Source of the DNA: Parcubacteria group bacterium GW2011_GWA2_40_23
GTDB taxonomy: Bacteria > Patescibacteriota > Patescibacteriia > UBA11705 > JABHMO01
NCBI GenBank assembly: GCA_000996245.1
Contig: LBYP01000003.1
Location: forward strand, 9,509 to 73,508
Length of the DNA stretch: 64,000 nt
Reading direction: 5' to 3'
Shown: positions 37,501-47,230 of the stretch, in pieces
Layout: every line of letters starts with the position of its first letter
Numbering within the stretch: the first letter of the stretch is position 1
Program-made: the position numbers and the translations under genes
The notes under the pieces: generated by a model
Seen by the model: the letters and a program-made list of their open reading frames with translations, nothing else
Told to the model about the DNA's origin: nothing
The model's database searches: none

Positions 37501-38423
37501 TTCCTATGAAAATTCATGCTCTCGTATTCGGTCGTCCTAATAAAATAGGACAAAACACAAAAGCCAACCTTGATTTGTTAAGTGAATCAGCGATTAAACT
37601 TGGTCACACACTAGAAATAATTCATGACTATGATTGTCAGATGGTTTTTGGTAAAAAACCACGACTTTTAATTAAGAATCATAAGCTTGAAAATGTAAAT
37701 GTGTTGATTGTTCGTGCAAACCCGAGTGGGAAAAACTTGGAATTTAGAAGTTCAATTATTAAACAGTTTGAAGTGATTGGCATTCCGGTCATCAATAATG
37801 CCTTGGCTGTCATGTATGCCAAAAACAAAATGAAGACCTTACAGCTTTTGACTAGAAAAAAAGTTCCAATCCCAAAAACATATGTGGTTTTTCATTCCCA
37901 GTATATTGATGATGTTATCGAAGGGATTGGCAAGTTTCCTGTGATTATAAAATCAGTTAGTGGTTCTCATGGCAAGGGCGTTTCTATCGTCGAAAGCAAA
38001 CGTGCTTTAATTTCTATTATTGATATGATTACTAGGGAGGACGCCTCCGAGCCAGTTATTGTTCAAGAATATGTAAAAGAATCAAAGGGTAAGGATATTA
38101 GAGTTTTTATTGTGGGTAAGAATATTGTCGGCGTCATGGAAAGAATTGCCACAAAACGCGGGGAATTCAGATCTAATTTCCATTTGGGTGGTCGCGTGCG
38201 CATTGCAACTTTGACCAAACAGGAAATTGAGATTGCTTTTGCGGCTGTTAATGCTTGTGGACTTGATGTCGCTGGCGTGGATATTATCAGAACTAAAGTC
38301 GGGCCCAAGGTTTTAGAAGTAAATGCAAATCCTGGGTTGGAGGGAATCACCAAAGCGACAGGCAAAGATATTGCTGGCTCAATTATTAAATATGCTGTTA
38401 AAAAAGCACGTGCCAAGAAGTAA
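37494..38423 (+). CDS. RimK-family ATP-grasp (alpha-L-glutamate ligase-like)
   Basis: DIRVFIVGKNIVGVMERIATKRGEFRSNFHLGG...VLEVNANPGLEGI. Confidence 0.7.
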   Translation: MLIPMKIHALVFGRPNKIGQNTKANLDLLSESAIKLGHTLEIIHDYDCQMVFGKKPRLLIKNHKLENVNVLIVRANPSGKNLEFRSSIIKQFEVIGIPVINNALAVMYAKNKMKTLQLLTRKKVPIPKTYVVFHSQYIDDVIEGIGKFPVIIKSVSGSHGKGVSIVESKRALISIIDMITREDASEPVIVQEYVKESKGKDIRVFIVGKNIVGVMERIATKRGEFRSNFHLGGRVRIATLTKQEIEIAFAAVNACGLDVAGVDIIRTKVGPKVLEVNANPGLEGITKATGKDIAGSIIKYAVKKARAKK

Positions 38424-38431
38424 AATAATAT

Positions 38432-41275
38432 ATGCCAATTTCTCAGCTCCATGTGGTCCATCATCGTCCACCGACCGAACATAAACATAAACGAAAATTA
38501 TTGAGAAAAATTATCAAGAAAATTTTTCTCTATGGTTTAGTTTTAGGTCTTTTGCTTGTTATTTACTTGATCGGAGCCTTTGCTTGGTATTCAAGATCTT
38601 TACCTGACCCAAATAAAATATTGGAAAGAAATTTAGCCCAAAGCACCAAGCTCTACGATCGTAAAGGTGAAACTATTTTGTATGATGTCCACGGAACTGA
38701 AAAAAGAACTTTAGTAAAACTGGAAGAAATACCTTTGTCTGTTCAACAAGCCACTATTGCTGCTGAAGATAGATATTTTTATGAACACGGCGGATTTAAT
38801 TTAATTGCCATGTTTAAGGGTGCTATTATAGATCCTTTAATGGGAAAACAGGCACGCGGCGGGTCAACTTTAACTCAGCAATTTGTTAAAAACTCCATTT
38901 TAACCAATGAAAGAAAAATATCTCGTAAGATAAAAGAGTTTATTTTGTCATATAAGATTGAAAAAGCTTTTACTAAGGATCAAATTTTACAGATGTATTT
39001 GAATGAAATTCCTTATGGCTCGGTGGCTTACGGTGTTCAATCAGCTAGTCAAACTTTTTTTAATAAAAGCGTTAAAGATGTGAATCTGGCTGAAGCTGCA
39101 ATTCTTGCGGCTTTACCAAAAGCGCCCAGCTATTATTCTCCATATGGCAGTAATATCGATCGTTTAATGGGGAGACAACAATATATTTTAGATCAAATGG
39201 CTGATCTTGGTTATATCACTAAAGACGAAGCAGAAGCTGCCAAAAAGCAGGAAGTAAAATTTGCTTTAAAACGCGAATCAATCACTGCTCCGCATTTTGT
39301 CATGTACATTAAAGAATTTTTGAGTGAGAAATTGGGTGAAGATTTAGTGGAGCGTGGAGGTTTAAAAGTTATTACAACCTTAGATTTGGACAGGCAAAAG
39401 ATTGCAGAAGAAGCTGTGGTGAAAGGTGTCGATGATCGTGGTGCAAAATACGGATTTTATAACGCGGCGCTTTTATCTCTTGATCCTCGCACTGGTCAGA
39501 TATTGGCAATGGTCGGATCAAAAGATTATTTTGATTTAGAACATGATGGTAATGTTAATGTAACACTCCGCTTGCGCCAGCCGGGTTCTTCGATGAAACC
39601 GTTAGTTTATGCCACAGCTTTTAAACAAGGCTATACTCCAAACACAATCCTTTACGATGTAAATACAACTTTCAAAACTGACACCGCCGATTATAACCCG
39701 AGAAATTACGACTTGGGGCAACATGGGCCAGTCACAATGAGGACAGCGCTTGCAGGTTCATTGAATATTCCAGCAGTAAAAACTTTATATCTAGCTGGGG
39801 TTAAAAACGTTATCGACTTTTTGGAGCTCATGGGCTATACGTCTTTTGAAGATCGCAGCCGCTTTGGTTTGTCCTTAGTTTTGGGTGGAGGAGAAGTTCG
39901 TCTAATTGAACACGCAGCTGCTTATGCGACTTTTGCTAATGCGGGTGTGGCTAATCCAGTTACAGGAATTTTACGAGTTGAAGATAGTAAGGGAAATGTT
40001 TTAATGGAGTTCGAAAAACGAGATCGTCGTGTGCTTGATCAAAATATTGCTAACATTATGAGTAATGTTTTGTCTGATAATGAGGCACGTACTTATATTT
40101 TTGGCGCGCAAAATAATTTAACGCTTTCCAATAGACCAGTTGCGGCTAAAACCGGCACAACTAATGATTATAAAGATGCTTGGACTATGGGTTATACTCC
40201 TTCGCTCGTCACGGGTGTTTGGGTTGGTAATAATGATAGTACAGAAATGAAAAAGGGCGCTGATGGTAGCGTTATTGCAGCACCAATTTGGCGTGAATAT
40301 ATGGATAAGGCTTTAGCAGGCTCGTTGATTGAGGGTTTTGCTGCAGCAACTATTGACTTGACGGGTAAACCGGTTTTGGATGGAGTGATTGGAGAAGAGA
40401 CAACTGTTAAAATTGATAAGTTTACCGGTAAATTGGCAACATCAGAAACTCCGGAAAGCGCAGTTGAAGAAAAGAAGTTTTATAATGCGCATGACATTTT
40501 ACATTATGTTATTAAAGAAGATCCGCGTGGTTCAGCACCAGCTGACCCAGCCAAGGCTGACTCTGCTTATGTTCAATGGGAAGCTGGGGTTAAAGATTGG
40601 GTTAAGTTAAAACAAGCTGAGCATAAAGATGGGGAACCGGAATTTGTTTATGATTCTGCTCCAACTGAAATGGATGATGTTCACATTGCAGCGAATAAAC
40701 CATTTATTTCTATTAACTCACCAACTAACGGTCAAACCGTTGAAGGTGTTATGCAAGTTTTTGTTAATGCTTCAGCTCCGCGCGGTGTGAGTCGAGTTGA
40801 ATATTATTTGAACAAAAGAAAAGTTGGTACTATAACGACTGCACCATATACTTTAACCTTGCCACTTAATAGTTTTTTTATGAAGGGCAGTCGTCAGTTG
40901 CGTGCGGTTGTTTATGATGATGTCGACAACTCGAATGAGGCGAGCGTTAATGTTAATATCAATATTGGGAATATTTCTCAACCGAGTATTGTTTGGCAGA
41001 ATGTGAATGGTGTTAGTTTAAAGACAAGCTCATTCCCGTTTACTATAAAAGCTCAGTTGACTGATGTCTTATCTAGTAAGAAAGTTGATTTATATTTACG
41101 CAATCAAGATTCTGGTACAGTAAATTTTTTGGGTGCGATGATATTACCGGAAAATAGTGGATTAGAAATGGTTATACCAACTTTAGCGGCTGGCCGATAT
41201 AGTTTATATGCTGAAATTACTGATCCGTTGGATAATAAGTATACAACCTCCTCGGCCACCTTTTCGGTGGAATAA
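38432..41275 (+). CDS. class A penicillin-binding protein (GT51 transglycosylase + transpeptidase) with a ~300-aa C-terminal extension
   Basis: GT51 motifs AAEDRYFYEHGG and GGSTLTQQFVKN. Transpeptidase motifs SxxK (PGSSMKP) and KTGTTN. 947 aa. Confidence 0.8.
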   Translation: MPISQLHVVHHRPPTEHKHKRKLLRKIIKKIFLYGLVLGLLLVIYLIGAFAWYSRSLPDPNKILERNLAQSTKLYDRKGETILYDVHGTEKRTLVKLEEIPLSVQQATIAAEDRYFYEHGGFNLIAMFKGAIIDPLMGKQARGGSTLTQQFVKNSILTNERKISRKIKEFILSYKIEKAFTKDQILQMYLNEIPYGSVAYGVQSASQTFFNKSVKDVNLAEAAILAALPKAPSYYSPYGSNIDRLMGRQQYILDQMADLGYITKDEAEAAKKQEVKFALKRESITAPHFVMYIKEFLSEKLGEDLVERGGLKVITTLDLDRQKIAEEAVVKGVDDRGAKYGFYNAALLSLDPRTGQILAMVGSKDYFDLEHDGNVNVTLRLRQPGSSMKPLVYATAFKQGYTPNTILYDVNTTFKTDTADYNPRNYDLGQHGPVTMRTALAGSLNIPAVKTLYLAGVKNVIDFLELMGYTSFEDRSRFGLSLVLGGGEVRLIEHAAAYATFANAGVANPVTGILRVEDSKGNVLMEFEKRDRRVLDQNIANIMSNVLSDNEARTYIFGAQNNLTLSNRPVAAKTGTTNDYKDAWTMGYTPSLVTGVWVGNNDSTEMKKGADGSVIAAPIWREYMDKALAGSLIEGFAAATIDLTGKPVLDGVIGEETTVKIDKFTGKLATSETPESAVEEKKFYNAHDILHYVIKEDPRGSAPADPAKADSAYVQWEAGVKDWVKLKQAEHKDGEPEFVYDSAPTEMDDVHIAANKPFISINSPTNGQTVEGVMQVFVNASAPRGVSRVEYYLNKRKVGTITTAPYTLTLPLNSFFMKGSRQLRAVVYDDVDNSNEASVNVNINIGNISQPSIVWQNVNGVSLKTSSFPFTIKAQLTDVLSSKKVDLYLRNQDSGTVNFLGAMILPENSGLEMVIPTLAAGRYSLYAEITDPLDNKYTTSSATFSVE

Positions 41276-41284
41276 AATGCGCAC

Positions 41285-41374
41285 AAAAAATTGTACGTAA
41301 CAACGCATTTGCGTTGTAGGGAACAAAAATTTTTGTTCCCTACCGTCCATACGGACGGTTCGTACAATTTTTTT
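41285..41374. repeat. ~85-bp nested palindromic element, copy A
   Basis: Outer stem AAAAAATTGTACG...CGTACAATTTTTTT. Inner hairpins GTAGGGAAC-aaaaattttt-GTTCCCTAC and GTCCATACGGAC. Confidence 0.8.
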
Positions 41375-41419
41375 ATTAAAATTAACGACCGGCTTCGATG
41401 AGGAAGTCGGTCGGGTCGG

Positions 41420-41815
41420 TCACTTGAGCGGTTCGAGCAAGACGAACATTGGCACTTCGTTTGCCGTTGGGATGAGGCAAAGCTTGGTGCCGAGCATTTC
41501 GTACTTGTAGATCGCTTCTTTTTCTTCTTTGCTCCGCGAGTTGAAGACGAAGCCGGCGCTTTCGGCCTGAGCGTGTTCATGAACACGCACGTAGAGCAGG
41601 TCCAGCCCAGCGTTCTTGATGTCGGACGGAATATCTGCCGTGGTCTTGGCCAGGTGTTCGGGGGACAGGATCCCTGCGATCGTAACCACGCGGCACGTGT
41701 AGACAGGTGGTTGCTTTCCTTCGGACTGACAGCAGCTGCTTGCTCTCATGACCAGGTACATTGCACTGGCCACGAGCACGAGACATCCGAATGTGAAGAG
41801 ACCACGGAACATCAT
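41420..41815 (-). CDS. hypothetical secreted/membrane-anchored protein, high-GC island (start placed at the MMFRGLF Met)
   Basis: N-terminal TM/signal, GC3-rich codons, C-terminal FVLLEPLK shared with the neighbour. Confidence 0.4.
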   Translation of the reverse strand: MMFRGLFTFGCLVLVASAMYLVMRASSCCQSEGKQPPVYTCRVVTIAGILSPEHLAKTTADIPSDIKNAGLDLLYVRVHEHAQAESAGFVFNSRSKEEKEAIYKYEMLGTKLCLIPTANEVPMFVLLEPLK

Positions 41816-41832
41816 GGTTGACCTCGATGTTG

Positions 41833-42267
41833 TTACTGGATCTTGAGCGGTTCGTACAGGACGAACACACCCATCCGAACGAGGTCGACGCAAAGCGGAA
41901 TCTTGTTCCGCTGGTAGTCGAGGATGCTGGTCATGTTGTTCGGGAACGGTGACGACAGGATGTAACCCTCGTACTTGATGTTGTTGCCCTCGACGTTAGC
42001 CAGCACCACGTACGGCAGTTTCATGAAGGCCGGTTTCACTGCCTCGTTGTGCGGGATGCGCGTCTCGTCGTCGTGGTTTTCCCTCGCGACGATGCTCTCG
42101 ATGGTGACCATGACTTCGGGGCACCAGACGGTGAGCTGCTTCTCTGCCGTGTGGGTGCAGCCCTTGAACGAGAAGAGGTAGCTTAAGCCGATGAAGAAGA
42201 GTGCTCCGAGGAGTAAGCCGCCAATCGCACCAAGGACGCGACGGAGAGTCATGGTAAGCCTCAACAT
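41833..42267 (-). CDS. hypothetical secreted/membrane-anchored protein, paralog of 41420-41815, high GC
   Basis: N-terminal TM (LGAIGGLLLGALFFIGL), C-terminal FVLYEPLKIQ. Confidence 0.4.
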   Translation of the reverse strand: MLRLTMTLRRVLGAIGGLLLGALFFIGLSYLFSFKGCTHTAEKQLTVWCPEVMVTIESIVARENHDDETRIPHNEAVKPAFMKLPYVVLANVEGNNIKYEGYILSSPFPNNMTSILDYQRNKIPLCVDLVRMGVFVLYEPLKIQ

Positions 42268-42366
42268 GGTTTATCGATCCGAACTTAAAAGAATAGCAAA
42301 ATGCGCTAATTTTGTCAACAGCAGGGGCTTTGTTAGAGGTTGGTTTTCTGCTATAATTGGAGAGTT

Positions 42367-45300
42367 ATGCATCTACAACGTATAGAAATCCAAGGCTTCA
42401 AGTCTTTTGCCCAAAAGACTGTTTTTGATTTCCCTGAATATTCCAACCACGACAAAAACGCCAAGAGCATTACAGCTGTCGTCGGCCCAAATGGATCTGG
42501 TAAATCAAACGTGTCCGATGCTATTCGTTGGGTCTTGGGTGAACAAAGTTTAAAACTGATTCGTTGTAAAAAATCTGATGATGTGATTTTTGGTGGATCA
42601 GAAAAAAAGGCCAGACAAGGTTTTGCTGAAGTTTCACTTTTCATGAATAATGAGGACAAAGAATTACCGGTTGATTTCAGCGAACTTGTTATTACGCGTC
42701 GTGTTTATAGAAACGGCGAGACCGAATATTTAATTAATCGTCGAGCCGTACGTCTTTTTGATGTTTTAATTCTTTTGGCCAAGGCAAACTTTGGGCAACG
42801 CAGTTACAGTATTATTGGTCAGGGCATGGTTGATCATATTATTAATATTTCTGCTTTTGAACGCAAAGAATTTTTCGATGAAGCAACTGGTGTTAAGCAA
42901 TATCAAATTAAACGCGACCAAGCAGTTAATCGTTTGCGTCGTTCACGAGAAAATTTAGATCAAACCAATAAAGTTTTAGCTGAACTCGAACCACGACTTA
43001 GATTGCTCACTCGTCAAATCAAAAAATTAGAAATGAGGAAAGAATTAGAAAAAGAATTAAGAGATTTACAGAAGAAATACTACAATTATCTTTGGACCAA
43101 AATGCAGGCAGATCGCCAACGAGAAGACGAGAAGTTTGGCATTAAAGACTCGTTTAAAAAAGATTTAGAAGTTCGTTTAAATGAAGTTCAAAACAAGTTA
43201 GCCTTTTTAGCACGACAAGAATCACGTAAAGACATTTTTAACAATTTACAGAAAGATTATAATAAATTACAAAGTGAACGTAATGACTTAATGAAAGAAC
43301 TGACCATGGTCAAAGGTAAGATGAGTTTAGAGTATGTAAAGTTTGGCAAGCAAAATCTTTCGTGGTTAGAAGATAAAAAAGATGAGCTAGGTCGTCGCAT
43401 TAAGGAAATCACTGAGAGTGCCAATAACCTAAAAGTAAAACTTGATTATCGTACAGAGACTTTATTGGAGCAAGAAGGCAAATTCAATGAGTTAACTGGC
43501 AATTTAGTTGTTTTACGTAACAATTTACAAGTAGCAGAGGAAAACCTCCTAAACCTCAAATCTGGGGCTAAAAATAGCCATTATTTAGATGCTGTTAAGG
43601 CGATACTGCGTCAAAAAGACAGTATCAAGGGAATTTATGGAACGGTCAGTCAATTAGGCGCAACTCAAGCAATGTATGAAACTGCTTTGGCCATTGCTGC
43701 TGGCAATCGTTTAAGTGCTGTGGTTGTTCAAAGTGATGAAATCGCAGTGCGTTGCATTAATTTTTTGAAAGAAAGAAAATTAGGTTCGGTTATTTTCATT
43801 CCATTAAATAAAATCCAGGCCAGCGCACCAAATAAAGACTCTAAAGAACTTTTAGTGGCGAATGGTGCCATTGGTTTTGCAGTTGAACTATTAAGTTTTG
43901 ATGAAAAATATAAAAAAGCTTTTCAATTTGTTTTTGGTTCAACAATAGTTGTAGATAATCTTGAGAACGCTAAGACAATCGGTGTCGGTCGCGAACGCAT
44001 GGTCACACTCGATGGTGATGTAATGGAAAAAACTGGCATGATGCGCGGTGGTTATCGTCGCGAAGGCTCAGTTTCTTGGTTCATTTTAGTTGATGATAAA
44101 TTTTCTGGTTCACAAGAAGAGCTAATGAGAGAAATTGCCATTTTGAAAAATAAAATTGAAGAATCAACTCGAGAAAGAGAAAGTTTGGAGCTCCAATTGA
44201 ACGAATCTCGAGTTGAGAAACAGATTAACGAAACCAAAACAAAGGGTTTAGCTAATGATTTGGTAGATTTGCAAAAAGAAAAAGAGAAGATTGAAGTTGA
44301 AATCAATGAAAATAAAATAGCGCCAGACGATCAAGATAAATATTTGAAAGATTTAGATGCACGTCGCAAGGGTTTTGAATTAAAGCTCGAGAAGGCAGAT
44401 GAAGAAGTCGCTGATATACGTCAAAAGCTCGACGTTTTCAACCTAGAAGAAGAGAAAAAGAAAGAAGAAGTTTTTGCCATGCAATCAGAAATGCAAAAAT
44501 ACCAGATGAAGTTGAATGAAGTTAGTAACGAAGTGAACACGATCAATATTACCATCGCTAAACTTGAAACAAAGCGTGAAGATTTAGAAAAAGAAGCGAT
44601 TCAAGAAGTTGGACCAGAATTTAAATTCACAAAATCAGATATTGAAGCGTTGAATGTTGATGAGCTTTGGTTCAATATCAGCAAACTAAGAAATAGTTTA
44701 GAACAAATTGGGGGCATTGATGCAGAAATTGTAGAAGAACATAAAGAAGTTTCTGAAAGATACGAATTTTTATCAGCGCAAGTCAAAGATTTGGACAAAG
44801 CGATTGGAGACTTGGAAAAAATTGTTGGCGAACTTGATGAATTAATCAATAAACAATTTGATTCATCATTTAAGAAGATTAATAAAGCGTTTGAAAAATA
44901 TTTTGAGAAGATTTTTAATGGTGGGAAGGCAAAACTGGAATTAGTTCAAAAAGAAAAACCCACAAAAGCTGAAGCCGAAGTCGTACAAGCGGAAACTGGC
45001 GAGGCAGTGGCTCAAGATGAGTCTGACGAAGAACTTCCGGAAGAGAAATCAAAGTTATTGAATACTGGAATCGATATTATGGTTGCCCCACCAAATAAAA
45101 AGATTAGTAATATTGCAGTTCTTTCTGGTGGTGAAAGAACCATGACTTCACTGGCTCTCATTTGCGCGATCATCGAAAGTAATCCATCTCCATTTATAGT
45201 TATGGACGAGGTGGAAGCAGCTTTGGACGAAGAAAACTCTCATAAGTTCGCCGCAATTCTTCAAGAGCTGTCTTATAAAGCCCAGTTTATTATTATCACA

Positions 45301-45420
45301 CATAATAGAGTTACCATGCACGTCGCTGACGTTCTTTACGGCGTGGCCATGGGGGAAGATGGTGTGTCAAAAACATTGTCGTTGAAGTTGACAGAAGCGC
45401 AGGCAACCGTGAAAAAATAA
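42367..45420 (+). CDS. smc: chromosome segregation protein SMC
   Basis: MHLQRIEIQGFKSF, Walker A GPNGSGKSN, long coiled coils, hinge, C-terminal LSGGE signature and Walker B DEVEAALD. The ORF track starts 9 codons earlier at a TTG. Confidence 0.85.
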   Translation: MHLQRIEIQGFKSFAQKTVFDFPEYSNHDKNAKSITAVVGPNGSGKSNVSDAIRWVLGEQSLKLIRCKKSDDVIFGGSEKKARQGFAEVSLFMNNEDKELPVDFSELVITRRVYRNGETEYLINRRAVRLFDVLILLAKANFGQRSYSIIGQGMVDHIINISAFERKEFFDEATGVKQYQIKRDQAVNRLRRSRENLDQTNKVLAELEPRLRLLTRQIKKLEMRKELEKELRDLQKKYYNYLWTKMQADRQREDEKFGIKDSFKKDLEVRLNEVQNKLAFLARQESRKDIFNNLQKDYNKLQSERNDLMKELTMVKGKMSLEYVKFGKQNLSWLEDKKDELGRRIKEITESANNLKVKLDYRTETLLEQEGKFNELTGNLVVLRNNLQVAEENLLNLKSGAKNSHYLDAVKAILRQKDSIKGIYGTVSQLGATQAMYETALAIAAGNRLSAVVVQSDEIAVRCINFLKERKLGSVIFIPLNKIQASAPNKDSKELLVANGAIGFAVELLSFDEKYKKAFQFVFGSTIVVDNLENAKTIGVGRERMVTLDGDVMEKTGMMRGGYRREGSVSWFILVDDKFSGSQEELMREIAILKNKIEESTRERESLELQLNESRVEKQINETKTKGLANDLVDLQKEKEKIEVEINENKIAPDDQDKYLKDLDARRKGFELKLEKADEEVADIRQKLDVFNLEEEKKKEEVFAMQSEMQKYQMKLNEVSNEVNTINITIAKLETKREDLEKEAIQEVGPEFKFTKSDIEALNVDELWFNISKLRNSLEQIGGIDAEIVEEHKEVSERYEFLSAQVKDLDKAIGDLEKIVGELDELINKQFDSSFKKINKAFEKYFEKIFNGGKAKLELVQKEKPTKAEAEVVQAETGEAVAQDESDEELPEEKSKLLNTGIDIMVAPPNKKISNIAVLSGGERTMTSLALICAIIESNPSPFIVMDEVEAALDEENSHKFAAILQELSYKAQFIIITHNRVTMHVADVLYGVAMGEDGVSKTLSLKLTEAQATVKK

Positions 45421-45503
45421 AAAATGTACGCGCAACACGTCTGTGTTGTAGGGAACAAAAATTTTTGTTCCCTACCGTCCAAATGGACGGGGCGTACATT
45501 TTT
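45421..45503. repeat. ~85-bp nested palindromic element, copy B (near-identical core to copy A)
   Basis: GTAGGGAACAAAAATTTTTGTTCCCTACCGTCCAAATGGACGG flanked by the AAAATGTACG...CGTACATTTTTT outer stem. Confidence 0.8.
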
Positions 45504-47053
45504 TATTGTTTCCACAGCTCCTCAAAATAATCATTGTACGATTGCACCAAATGTTCATTTTCAGAAATAAAGAAGATGGGCTTTTTTTTGTCTGCCCAAT
45601 TAGCAATGACGAGTTTTTTGCCATAGAGCCAGACAACATTGGGGTTGCCTATTTTTGAAAGATTATATTTTGTGCGACTCCATGGATATTTGGTAATGGC
45701 ATGGCCTTGGACACTACGATCAACAATATTGCGCCAAATAATCCCCGGAGTATTTTTGGCTTTGGCTTCAATCTTTTTAAAAAGTTCAGGATAATAATCG
45801 ATAAAATATCCGCGGGCGCCAATCAAGCGTAATTCCTTAGTGTCAAGCGCTTCAAACCAAATTTTCTGCAGAGCTTCTGGACCTTGAAGTGTGTACGTTT
45901 CTTGCTGCCAAATATTATCAAAATAATTTTTGAATGATTCAGCCATGATTGGATTATCGAAAGAGATAACAGTTGGAACTTTTTCGTAAAGAATGAAAAA
46001 AATCTTATTGTTATAAATATTTATCTGCATCGGTATGGGGGTGGTGTTGATGTATTTTCTTAAAAAGCTTACTTTGCCTTCGGGATCCCCACATTTGGCA
46101 AATTTTTCTTTTAAATTATCATATGATTCTTGAAAACAAAGCATTTTTGTTATTACACCTTTTTTTATTCTTTCGGTGTGAAATTTGTCGTAGAGTTCAT
46201 GGAAACCAGGTGGATAATCTTTGCCTAAAGCACCGAGAACATAATAATGTTCCCCAGGTTTTAGTGCATTGAGCTGATCATAAATAGCTTCTTCAACAGC
46301 ATCTAATCCAGTTTTAGTGATGGTTCGTTGATTCCAAAAATAGTTGAAGTATTTTTTAAAGCCCTCAACAATTTTTTTGTCTTTGACGCTAATCGTAATG
46401 GGGTTATCACTCATCAACCCGATATTTAAAAGATCATCAATAAAATCAAACCAAAAAGGGGAATCGATATTGAAGGGTAGAAAGCGAGCTTTGCTCAATG
46501 GCAAGGAGTTTCTCCACGCCAAGCCTTCTTTGACGAGTGGGTCAGATGAAAGCTCATATAAAATTTTTTGACTGATTTTTTTCTTTTCACGTTCTTTGTG
46601 AAAACGCTTCCAAAATGATTCCATTTCTGGTTTTGATGTTAAATTTGTTGCGCCAAGAACATAAAACTCACTACCAGCTGGATAATTTAAAACGCGATTG
46701 CGAGCTCTTTTAATCCCTTCAACGCCCGCAAAGATTTGGATGTCGCCAGCTTCTGTGGTGTGTCTTTTGTGTAGTTCAATAATAATTTCCTTCGCTGTTT
46801 CTTCTTGATCAAGAACGTTTTCGAGAATCGATTCAGGATTGTTGGGAATGAACTCAGCTACGCCACGAGAGGTGAGTTTTGAAACCAACTTTTTTTTAAG
46901 TAATGATTCAAGAGACGTATAAACTAGGTTACGATGTAATCCCGTAAGTTCAATTATTTTACCAGCGCGGCTTTTCCCGTTTTCAATTAGGTATAAATAT
47001 ACAGTGATTTCATTAGGTGAAAAGCCTAGTTGTTGTAGTTTGTCTTTTATCAT
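45503..47053 (-). CDS. TrmB-family transcriptional regulator with a triplicated C-terminal domain
   Basis: N-terminal wHTH (ITVYLYLIENGKSRAGKIIELTGLHRNLVYTSL). Three ~150-aa repeats ending FKKYFNYFWNQ, FKNYFDNIWQQ and YNDYFEELWKQ. Confidence 0.55.
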   Translation of the reverse strand: MIKDKLQQLGFSPNEITVYLYLIENGKSRAGKIIELTGLHRNLVYTSLESLLKKKLVSKLTSRGVAEFIPNNPESILENVLDQEETAKEIIIELHKRHTTEAGDIQIFAGVEGIKRARNRVLNYPAGSEFYVLGATNLTSKPEMESFWKRFHKEREKKKISQKILYELSSDPLVKEGLAWRNSLPLSKARFLPFNIDSPFWFDFIDDLLNIGLMSDNPITISVKDKKIVEGFKKYFNYFWNQRTITKTGLDAVEEAIYDQLNALKPGEHYYVLGALGKDYPPGFHELYDKFHTERIKKGVITKMLCFQESYDNLKEKFAKCGDPEGKVSFLRKYINTTPIPMQINIYNNKIFFILYEKVPTVISFDNPIMAESFKNYFDNIWQQETYTLQGPEALQKIWFEALDTKELRLIGARGYFIDYYPELFKKIEAKAKNTPGIIWRNIVDRSVQGHAITKYPWSRTKYNLSKIGNPNVVWLYGKKLVIANWADKKKPIFFISENEHLVQSYNDYFEELWKQ

Positions 47054-47230
47054 ATATTTAGTGACAGTTTTATTATAGTAAAATTAGTCAATAAAGACAA
47101 GCTTGCATCTATTTTGTCTGTGTGGTTTGATTATATTTTGACTAAATTTAAAGCAAAAGGCTTGATTTATCTTAATTTTTATGATATTATTATAAGTCCT
47201 GACAAGTAGGGACAAGACAAACCAACTCTT

